DNA from: a virus
Lineage: Duplodnaviria > Caudoviricetes
Strand: one strand, 5' to 3'
Length of the DNA stretch: 29,113 nt
IMG/VR virus record: IMGVR_UViG_3300040971_000034
Location: 1-29,113 of that record
This document shows positions 21,955 through 29,113 of this stretch, one piece after another (position 1 is the stretch's first letter; every line of letters begins with the position of its first letter). Position numbers and translations under genes: made by a program. Under the pieces are notes generated by a model. It had not been told where the DNA came from and ran no database searches. It saw only the letters and a program-made list of their open reading frames with translations.

Positions 21955-24467
21955 TGACAGCACCTGTTTTGGCACATAAGAAATTTTGGATCATAAAACC
22001 AAGCGCGGGGAGGAATTATATCAAGAACCCGCAGCCGTATACCTCGACTGGCGGATATGCGGCTTTTGGCGGGTCGACAAGTATCGCAGTAGACAGCACG
22101 AATTCCAGACGCGGTCCGGGCTGTATCAAGGTCACGCCGGATACTGGCACGGCTGCAGGTGTAAGTTATCCAGGCTTGAGCATTACCACCGGACTTGCTT
22201 ACTCGCTATCGCTTGACGTGAAGGGCATCGCAGGGCAAGCAATGCGCATTTACGCGGTATCTGACAGCCAAACGCAAGGCACAACCACTTTCACCGCAAC
22301 CGGCTATTGGCAGAGGATAAGCTTATCGTTCACGGCACAAAATACCGGCGCGGTTTTGTTGTCTTTGCAGCGGGATAGCGTGGCAAGCACCAGCCCGTTC
22401 TGGACGGACGGCTGGCAATTCGAGCAGACAGTGTATCCGTCAACCTTCATTAGTGGCGACATGGGAGATGGCTATTACTGGGAAGGGACACGAAGAGACA
22501 GTGCTTCTACCCGAATGAAGTATGTCAAAACCGGCGGGGAACTGCTTGATCTGGACGACTACTGCTCGGTTGTGAGTGTGACCGGACTGGGTCATGGCGA
22601 CTGGAATCAGATTGTCACTAAAATGACTTCAGGCGGTGATCTGTATCAGGATCACATTCGCAAGTCACGTCAATTCAGCATTGTGGTAGATTTTACTGGT
22701 GATACGCTGGGTGAAATTGAGGGCAAGCGCAAGGTGCTAATTGACGCGCTTAGACCTGACCTTTTTGAAGGCGAAATGGTGGTAAGATATCAGGGCTTCG
22801 CTGCTAACGGCGATGAAGCCACTCACCCAGTTGACATTCGCTGCATCCCCTTACCTGCTACTCTGGTAGACACGCCTGATAAGCCTAACCACCAGCGCGA
22901 TGTGCTCAATTTTTCCATCCCCAGCGGGCTTCTGCAAGGCGCGTATAACGAGGGCAAGGAGCTTGACTTGTACGCGGAGTTTCCTGCGGAATTTATCGTC
23001 AAGCGCGACCCGAACGGCAACTGGTGCAAGTGGAATGGCTCTGCTTACGTCAATCCGCTGGCGGGGGTGAATGGAACGGTCTACGACATCAAAGAAGCTC
23101 CTAATGGTGATATCTATGTTTGCGGGTTGTTTACAAGTGTAAGCAACGGCGGGAGTGCAGTTGCTAACACAAAGGGTATCGCGAGATGGAGTAAGGCTAA
23201 TCAGGAGTGGGAAGCGGTTGGCGATCCACAAACAGGGGCAACTATAAATGGTATAAGTTGCATGGCTTTTGACGCTAATGGTGATTTGTATGCGGGGGGC
23301 AGTTTTACCGACCTCGCAGATGTAGCTGAAGCGGATTACTTTGCGAAATACACGATCTCAAATGACGCTTGGAGCGCGGTTGGGAGTGGGATTGACGGAG
23401 AGGTATTCGCTATAGAAATATCGCCAAATGGAATAATTTATATCGGCGGCGCTTTTACCACAGCCAGTGGCAATATTGACTGCAATTACGTCGCTTATTG
23501 GAGCGGAACAGTATGGGCGCCGCTTGCAATAGGATTAAATGGCAATGTGGAAGTTTTAAAATTTGCGTCAAATGGCAATTTGCTAGTCGGCGGCAACTTT
23601 ACCGACGCAGACGGCAAAAACGGCGATTATTTCTGCATGTGGGATGGAAGTTCTTTCAACTCGTTTACTGATTTAGGCGCAACAGAATTAAACGGGACAG
23701 TTTATTCAATTGATGTAAATCCGAATGGCACAATCGTTATTGGTGGCGCATTTGCCAACGCTGGCGGTGATGCTAACGCGGATTATGTGGCTGCATGGCG
23801 TGGGAATAACTGGGGCGCATTGATGGCGGGCGGCGTGAATCATTCAGTAGCTAAAGTTCTGTGCGCGGACAACGGTGATATTTATTTAGGCGGCGCATTT
23901 ACAACCGCTGGAAGCCTGACACTCACAGATCGGATTGTAAAGAGTGTTCAGGGAGCGTTTCAGCCGATAGACATTGACTTGCCAGGAACAAACCAATTAT
24001 ATGCCATCTGCCTCGCCTCAGACGGCTCGCTCTACTTGGGCGGGGAATTCTCAACCGCAGGGGAAGACCCGGACGAGAACGCAAAGACAGGCTTGGTGGC
24101 GCTCAACCTGAACGTGGCATCAGCAAGCGCGAACACTTACCCGTATATGCAGATTCACGGACCCGGCACGCTGAAGTCGATCATCAACTATTCAACCGGC
24201 GCGAATGTGAGCTTTGACGGGCTTACGCTTCATACGGGGGAGTGGATCGGGCTGAACTTCGACCCGGTATACCTGAAATTCAGGGGCGGGTGGAATGGCA
24301 GGGGCAACCTCTTGCGCTACGTGAACGCGGGCTCGGATTATGGGAACTTCTACCTGAAGCCGGGCGCGAATAACATCTCGCTATTCATGGACGATACGGA
24401 TACTAATTCGAGGGCATGGATAACGTGGACGCCGAAATTTTGGGGGCTGGACGGAGCGCTGCTATGA
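21954..24467 (+). CDS. Evolved distal tail (Dit)-like protein with N-terminal CBM-like domain and inserted 7-repeat beta-propeller
   Basis: Follows the tape measure gene. N.IKNP...DGWQFE CBM-like domain; Dit-like halves (VTGLG...RKSRQF and YP...I.GP...F.LKPGAN.I) flank seven NG.V.......G..Y.GG.F repeats. Confidence 0.75.
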   Translation: MTAPVLAHKKFWIIKPSAGRNYIKNPQPYTSTGGYAAFGGSTSIAVDSTNSRRGPGCIKVTPDTGTAAGVSYPGLSITTGLAYSLSLDVKGIAGQAMRIYAVSDSQTQGTTTFTATGYWQRISLSFTAQNTGAVLLSLQRDSVASTSPFWTDGWQFEQTVYPSTFISGDMGDGYYWEGTRRDSASTRMKYVKTGGELLDLDDYCSVVSVTGLGHGDWNQIVTKMTSGGDLYQDHIRKSRQFSIVVDFTGDTLGEIEGKRKVLIDALRPDLFEGEMVVRYQGFAANGDEATHPVDIRCIPLPATLVDTPDKPNHQRDVLNFSIPSGLLQGAYNEGKELDLYAEFPAEFIVKRDPNGNWCKWNGSAYVNPLAGVNGTVYDIKEAPNGDIYVCGLFTSVSNGGSAVANTKGIARWSKANQEWEAVGDPQTGATINGISCMAFDANGDLYAGGSFTDLADVAEADYFAKYTISNDAWSAVGSGIDGEVFAIEISPNGIIYIGGAFTTASGNIDCNYVAYWSGTVWAPLAIGLNGNVEVLKFASNGNLLVGGNFTDADGKNGDYFCMWDGSSFNSFTDLGATELNGTVYSIDVNPNGTIVIGGAFANAGGDANADYVAAWRGNNWGALMAGGVNHSVAKVLCADNGDIYLGGAFTTAGSLTLTDRIVKSVQGAFQPIDIDLPGTNQLYAICLASDGSLYLGGEFSTAGEDPDENAKTGLVALNLNVASASANTYPYMQIHGPGTLKSIINYSTGANVSFDGLTLHTGEWIGLNFDPVYLKFRGGWNGRGNLLRYVNAGSDYGNFYLKPGANNISLFMDDTDTNSRAWITWTPKFWGLDGALL

Positions 24468-25555
24468 GATACCAGATAGATTGGTATGATGATGGAGGCA
24501 CTAAAATAGGCGTGATCCAGGCGTTCATAACGCTTGAGTACGTGAGGACGGAAAATCAGGTCGGGCGGATGGTGCTAACACTTCCACGCGGGCTCTACAA
24601 CTACGAGGATTTCAAAGTCGGGCAGATTTTCGAGATTTGGCGGGATAAAAACGGCAGCTTGGAACTGCAGAATGAGACCGCTTATTTCCTGCAGGATTGG
24701 GAATTCTTCACTAACGAAAATGGCGAGGAGTACGTTCGGCTCAATTGCACCGACGCCAACTGGTTGCTCGACACGGCGATTGTTCATGCAGCCGCTGGGA
24801 GCGCCAATGCTGAAATGACAGCCAAGCCCGATGACATGATGAAGGCGATTGTCAGGCGGCAGCTTGGCGAAACAGCAGAGGCAGAACGACAAAAAATCAC
24901 CGTACAAGCGAATGTTAGTGCGGGCGGCGCTTCAATTTCAAAAGCTTTCGCATATCGAAATGTAATGACTGTACTTCAGGAACTCGCAGATATCGCAAAA
25001 GAGAACGGCGTTTATCTTGCTTTTGATGTGGTACGAACATCGCCGGCTACGTTCCAGTTCAGGACTTACGCCGGGCAGAGGGGTACGGATCACAGCCGCG
25101 CTTCGGGAGATCCTCGATTGGTCGGTAAGCAGTACGGCAATCTGAGTGAAGCCACTTTTGGCACTTACCACTCGGACGAACGAAACTGGGTTGTAGTTGC
25201 TGGACAGGGTGAAGGGGATGCCCGCACGCGCGTTTATCGCTGGAACTATCCGAGAATGGGCGCTTCACGATGGAATCGCAGGGAATATTTTAAGGACAGT
25301 CGAGATGATGCTACAACCGCACTGTTAGAGGCGGATGGTGACGCCGCGTTGAACGAATTCAAACCGAGACAGGTATTGACTGGAAAATTACACGATACCT
25401 ACGGGATGATGTACGGCGTGCACTATCAATTTGGTGATATCTTGACTGCGGAGGCGTTTGGCTACAACGTGGATTGCCATGTTTCAAGCGTAAGCGTGAA
25501 AGTAGATCAAAATGGTGGAGAGCAGATTGACGTTAGGCTGCGAGGTGAACTTTGA
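24464..25555 (+). CDS. Tail hub/Tal-like protein (ReqiPepy6 Gp37-like)
   Basis: Position after Dit; LEYVR.EN.VG...L.L, N.V.VAGQGEG..R, RRE.F.D.R and YG.HY.FGD motifs. Confidence 0.8.
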   Translation: MRYQIDWYDDGGTKIGVIQAFITLEYVRTENQVGRMVLTLPRGLYNYEDFKVGQIFEIWRDKNGSLELQNETAYFLQDWEFFTNENGEEYVRLNCTDANWLLDTAIVHAAAGSANAEMTAKPDDMMKAIVRRQLGETAEAERQKITVQANVSAGGASISKAFAYRNVMTVLQELADIAKENGVYLAFDVVRTSPATFQFRTYAGQRGTDHSRASGDPRLVGKQYGNLSEATFGTYHSDERNWVVVAGQGEGDARTRVYRWNYPRMGASRWNRREYFKDSRDDATTALLEADGDAALNEFKPRQVLTGKLHDTYGMMYGVHYQFGDILTAEAFGYNVDCHVSSVSVKVDQNGGEQIDVRLRGEL

Positions 25556-26322
25556 GTGATTTTGACGAAAAGATGATGCAAAAGCTGAAACGGCTGGAGC
25601 GGGAAGTTGAACGCTTGCAGAGGTGGGAGAAGCCCATTGTAGTGACGGATCACGGCACTTTGACCGGACTTGGCGACAACGACCACCCGCAATATTTGCT
25701 GACAACTGGCAAAGCTGCTGATAGTGATAAGTTAGATGGAGTTGATAGTACTGGATTTGTAAATACGTCCTCTGCTCAAACAGTTGGGGGAACAAAAACA
25801 TTCTCTTCCATCCCTGTTCTGCCTTCAACTAATCCAACGCTGGCAAATCAAGCGGTAAGGAAAGGATATGCTGACGCAAGCTATCTTGGCATTAGTGCAA
25901 AAGCTGCTGATAGTGATAAGCTGGATGGGATTGATAGCGCTGACTTCGGCAGACCCGTCTTCCTTACCGCACAACTGACATCAACGTCTTGGGATGGGGA
26001 TGCACGCTCAACTACCGCAAAGACACTGATTGACCTGTCATCTGTGTTTGGCGTTCCGGCGGGGGTTAAGGCGATAATTGTGAATGCCGCGATTAGAGAT
26101 TCAGGGAGCGCAGCCGCCGCTAACGCATTACTCTGTTTAGGCCCGACCAACTCAAGCCTTGCGGGGCCAAAGATATCATGCGCTGGCTTGCCTAATGATG
26201 TTTGGGCATATGGCTCTTTTACCGTTTCTTGCGACTCTAACGGCGATATCTATTATCAAATTATCGCAAGCGGCACGGGCACGATGGACGCTTATCTTGA
26301 AATTTGGGGATATTTTTTATGA
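25552..26322 (+). CDS. Short tail fibre / receptor-binding protein
   Basis: N-terminal coiled coil, DHG.LTGL.D.DHPQY, two KAADSDKLDG repeats, QTVGGTKTF, C-terminal GVPAGVKA...I.GYF head domain. Confidence 0.75.
   Translation: MSDFDEKMMQKLKRLEREVERLQRWEKPIVVTDHGTLTGLGDNDHPQYLLTTGKAADSDKLDGVDSTGFVNTSSAQTVGGTKTFSSIPVLPSTNPTLANQAVRKGYADASYLGISAKAADSDKLDGIDSADFGRPVFLTAQLTSTSWDGDARSTTAKTLIDLSSVFGVPAGVKAIIVNAAIRDSGSAAAANALLCLGPTNSSLAGPKISCAGLPNDVWAYGSFTVSCDSNGDIYYQIIASGTGTMDAYLEIWGYFL
25711..25920 (+). repeat. Perfect 21-bp direct repeat, 189 bp apart
   Basis: AAAGCTGCTGATAGTGATAAG at 25711-25731 and 25900-25920, with further degenerate similarity downstream. Confidence 0.9.
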
Positions 26323-26332
26323 AAGGATTAGC

Positions 26333-27757
26333 ATGACACTCCCATTTGGAATTGACATCAGCAAGTATCAGTTCAGCTCGGACGGCACGCAAAAGCCGGA
26401 CTTTGACAAGGTGAACGCAACTTGTGACTTCGTTGCGGTGCGAGCGGGTATTTCGTGGGGATATACAGACCCTTGGTTTGCCTACTCTTGGGAACATATC
26501 ACGAAGCCACGCCTTGCCTATCATGTTGTCTATCCAGGGGAGAGCGCCATCCGGCAAATGGAACGCTTTCTACGCATTGTTGACCCAGACGAACATGACT
26601 GGTTGGTGCTTGACGCGGAGTTGGATCATGGGTATAGCAAGGCGCGCATAACACAAACCCTGTCTGATTGTATTGAACATTTATTCGGGGCAACTGGACG
26701 CTATCCGATTATCTATTCACGGGCATTATGGATTAATCAATTTGTGGACGTGGCGGACTTGCCACCGCTTGATTGGTGGTTAGCGCATTATCTATGGCGT
26801 AGACCGTCACCTCTATTCACGCCTGAAAAAGACCCGCCCCCTGCCTTGCCGAGAGGCGTCAACAATTGGCTCATTCATCAAACCGGAGAGCGCGGCAATG
26901 GGAGTGCGGTTGGAGTGGCAAGCCACTATGTAGACACGAACCGCTGGAATGGCACGCAAGCGGAGCTTCTGGCTTACTTCGGGCTTGCAGATGGCTACGA
27001 ACCGTTGCCGCCTGAGCCTGAACCGCCTGAGGTGCAAGAGCCGCTATTTCAGGCGCGCGTGGTTACCATAAAGCCTAATCGGCTGCGCACGCGCTACACG
27101 CCGGAAATCAGCAGTACCAACATCAGACCTGAACCTGACTGGTACAAAAGCGGGCGGGTTGTGAGCGTGTATGAAACTAAGCCCGACTGGTACAGAACAG
27201 CGGTTGAAACATGGGCAAGCTCTGAATGGATGCAGCGTTTGGACTACCAAGAGCCGCCTACGCTAATAGACATCCCCCCACTCTGGCAGCAAGACCCACG
27301 CTGGAAAACCATCCTGCTCGGCTACTCGAAAACCATGACAATCGGCGGTTGGGGCTGCCTTATTGTCACCCTTGCTATGAGGCTTGGAATTACACCGGAA
27401 GAAGTCAATGACAGGCTGAAAGCAGTAGGCGGGTTTACGGGTGCAAATGTCTACTGGCAGATGGTGCAAGTTGCCTTCCCCCAGCTGACAGACTTTGAGT
27501 ACATCGAATGCTACTGGACACCCGCTCCGCTTGACAGAATTGATAGCAGACTGGCAGAAGGTATTCCCGTCCATGTGCATGTGGACTTGTACAATGAGAC
27601 CGCGTCCATGGAACAGCATTGGGTTTTGCTCGTCGGCAAGAACGACGATGATTATGTGATGAATGATCCTTGGACTGGCAAGCAAGGTTCGTTCAGGGAA
27701 GTTTACGGCGATCCCGCAAGATGGATTTTCAGGATAGCCAGCTGGAGAAAACAATAA
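26333..27757 (+). CDS. Endolysin: GH25 muramidase, SH3-like domain, C39-like cysteine peptidase
   Basis: GIDISKYQ, AYH, LDAE, PIIYS, WLAHY and VDTN (GH25); Pro/Glu linker; Q.DPRW...TIG.WGC...HWVL.VG...NDPW (C39-like). ATG 26333 after AAAGGA. Confidence 0.88.
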   Translation: MTLPFGIDISKYQFSSDGTQKPDFDKVNATCDFVAVRAGISWGYTDPWFAYSWEHITKPRLAYHVVYPGESAIRQMERFLRIVDPDEHDWLVLDAELDHGYSKARITQTLSDCIEHLFGATGRYPIIYSRALWINQFVDVADLPPLDWWLAHYLWRRPSPLFTPEKDPPPALPRGVNNWLIHQTGERGNGSAVGVASHYVDTNRWNGTQAELLAYFGLADGYEPLPPEPEPPEVQEPLFQARVVTIKPNRLRTRYTPEISSTNIRPEPDWYKSGRVVSVYETKPDWYRTAVETWASSEWMQRLDYQEPPTLIDIPPLWQQDPRWKTILLGYSKTMTIGGWGCLIVTLAMRLGITPEEVNDRLKAVGGFTGANVYWQMVQVAFPQLTDFEYIECYWTPAPLDRIDSRLAEGIPVHVHVDLYNETASMEQHWVLLVGKNDDDYVMNDPWTGKQGSFREVYGDPARWIFRIASWRKQ

Positions 27758-27800
27758 TGGCTAAAAATGGGAGCGTTTTGTTAAATCGCCCCAATCGCTC

Positions 27801-27826
27801 TTGACAATGCGAAAATGTATTATAAT
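27801..27826 (+). promoter_or_regulatory. Promoter-like element with perfect hexamers but short spacing
   Basis: TTGACA 27801-27806 and TATAAT 27821-27826, only 14 nt apart, in an AT-rich gap before an AAGGAG RBS. Confidence 0.4.
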
Positions 27827-27849
27827 TAACGCATAGGCAAAGGAGCGAA

Positions 27850-29113
27850 ATGAAAAATTATACTCGGAGCGGTTTAGACATACAATCGTTGATAAGGGAA
27901 ATCTCTGAGGGGGATGGAAACGCGCAAGATAAGTTGTTTAGGCTTTATGGCAAAAAGCTTGCTTATAACAATGCGAAGAAGTACTTAGCCGGCATAAAAC
28001 TGCATCTTGAAACCATGCAGCGAGCAGAGAACAATAACCAGGAATTTAGCCAAAAAGAAGTCAGCTATAACGCGGATAAGTCTAAAACAATCAAGCAGGA
28101 TGTTTACCTTACCGAGGACGAAGCCGCAAGTCCTGTCTCAATTATGCAAAAGTGCGGATTTGACCCCCTTCTTTGGGAGGCTACATCCTGCAAACTTACA
28201 TCTGGATCGTGGGACGTAACCATCAAAAATGGCGAGGGCGAAGGTGTCCTGCATACCAACCGCAAGTATTCTGTCACGCTCACAGTCAAGCCACTTGGCA
28301 GCAAGCTAACGCTGCCGCAAGTGTTGGACGCGTTCAAGGATTTGCCGCCTGTAAAGATCACTCCGCGCAAGCACGCGGCGGGATCATTCATGCTGGAACT
28401 TCCTATCATGGACTTTCACCTCGGTAAGCTTGCGTGGGGAGAGGAGACTGGTGGCGATGATTATGATCTAAAGATCGCCGAGGAGCTTTGGAGAAAAACA
28501 GTCGAGGACTTGCTCTGCAAGATAGTTATTTTTGGCACCCCTGAATATATCCTGTTTCCGATTGGGCAGGACTTTTTCCACTTTGACACGCCCTCGGTTA
28601 CTACAACCGGTGGTACGCAGTTAGACAGTGACACCCGCTGGCAAAAGATGTTCCGAAAAGGCGTAGAGTTACTGGTATGGGCGATTGAACAATGTCATGC
28701 GCTTGCACCCGTGAAAGTCATGTGGATACCAGGTAACCACGATCAAATGTTATTGTACGCGGCTACAGTAGGCATTGCGCAGCGATACGCGGAAACTGCA
28801 GGGGTTGAGGTGGATCTGTCGCCCTCACGCCGTAAATATCATCAATATGGATACAATCTGATTGGCTTTGCGCACGGTGAGGACGAAGGCAACCGCATTG
28901 ACGGCTTGATGCAGATCGAAGCACCTGAAGCGTGGGGCGGCTCGATATGGAGAGAGATGCACATGGGGCACTTGCATACCGAGAGAACTGTTACCAAAAA
29001 CGGGATTGTATTCCGCCGGATCAGTGCCATAACCGCAACGGACGCGTGGCACGCAGAAAAAGGTTTTATCGGTTCTGTCAGGCAAGCGCAAGCGTTTGTT
29101 TGGCATAAAGAGG
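27850..29113 (+). CDS. Calcineurin-like metallophosphoesterase, 3'-truncated (not in ORF track)
   Basis: Open frame of 421 codons to the window end, with DFHLG, GQDFFH, PGNHD, FAHG and GHLH motifs. AAGGAG RBS. Confidence 0.9.
   Translation, partial: MKNYTRSGLDIQSLIREISEGDGNAQDKLFRLYGKKLAYNNAKKYLAGIKLHLETMQRAENNNQEFSQKEVSYNADKSKTIKQDVYLTEDEAASPVSIMQKCGFDPLLWEATSCKLTSGSWDVTIKNGEGEGVLHTNRKYSVTLTVKPLGSKLTLPQVLDAFKDLPPVKITPRKHAAGSFMLELPIMDFHLGKLAWGEETGGDDYDLKIAEELWRKTVEDLLCKIVIFGTPEYILFPIGQDFFHFDTPSVTTTGGTQLDSDTRWQKMFRKGVELLVWAIEQCHALAPVKVMWIPGNHDQMLLYAATVGIAQRYAETAGVEVDLSPSRRKYHQYGYNLIGFAHGEDEGNRIDGLMQIEAPEAWGGSIWREMHMGHLHTERTVTKNGIVFRRISAITATDAWHAEKGFIGSVRQAQAFVWHKE

Larger units (their letters stand above)
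1..29113 (+). mobile_element. Tailed phage/prophage segment (siphovirus-type), replication through lysis; both ends truncated by the window
   Basis: Tightly packed + strand genes with ATGA/TAATG overlaps, in the order terminase-portal-head-connector-tail tube-chaperone-tape measure-Dit-hub-fibre-lysin. No sheath, att site or integrase visible, so free phage versus prophage cannot be decided. Confidence 0.97.

Noticed and set aside
21283-21975. 230-aa minus-strand ORF and other antisense ORFs in the track
   Set aside because: They lie opposite well-supported + strand genes and show no recognisable motifs; treated as shadow ORFs.
25552-26322. Possible diversity-generating retroelement target in the fibre C-terminus
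   Set aside because: No reverse transcriptase and no second copy differing at adenines seen in this window. A remote DGR cannot be excluded.
26159-26332. Hydrophobic N-terminal extension (SAR/signal-like) on the endolysin in the ORF track
   Set aside because: Overlaps the fibre gene by more than 160 bp. ATG 26333 has an RBS and directly precedes the GH25 GIDIS motif.
27757-27804. 15-codon ORF coupled to the endolysin stop, and a weak GAGCG/CGCTC hairpin
   Set aside because: Too short and featureless, and the stem is mismatched with no U tract.
1-29113. Stop-codon reassignment, introns or inteins in core genes
   Set aside because: TerL, portal, capsid and tape measure are continuous and of ordinary length under the standard code, and all three stop codons end genes.

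Overview
The whole window is one co-directional (+ strand) segment of a tailed dsDNA phage or prophage with siphovirus-type gene order. From left to right: a 5'-truncated probable ssDNA-annealing protein, an internally deleted HNH gene, a replication initiator carrying iteron-like repeats, a DnaC/IstB-like helicase loader, and an accessory early/middle region (tetrapeptide-repeat protein, minimal PolX, Lar-like protein, PD-(D/E)XK nuclease, many small ORFs). Then come a sigma70 region-4 regulator, holin-like membrane genes, terminase, portal and minor head protein. The head and tail block holds an in-frame protease-major capsid gene, a glycosyltransferase inside the head operon, connector and tail genes with a -1 frameshifted chaperone, tape measure, an evolved Dit with a 7-repeat beta-propeller, a hub and a short fibre. 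The window ends with a two-enzyme endolysin and a 3'-truncated metallophosphoesterase that the ORF track misses. I saw no integrase, repressor, RT, CRISPR array or tRNA. The best candidate for an undescribed system is the head-operon glycosyltransferase, which is fused in frame to a small domain with its own internal start; this could be a capsid-tethered virion-glycosylation module. Other signals are an anti-Shine-Dalgarno-loop hairpin before the replication genes, a DxE-type minimal PolX and a 19 x 12-bp in-frame repeat array. All product calls come from motif recognition by eye and gene order, not database searches.
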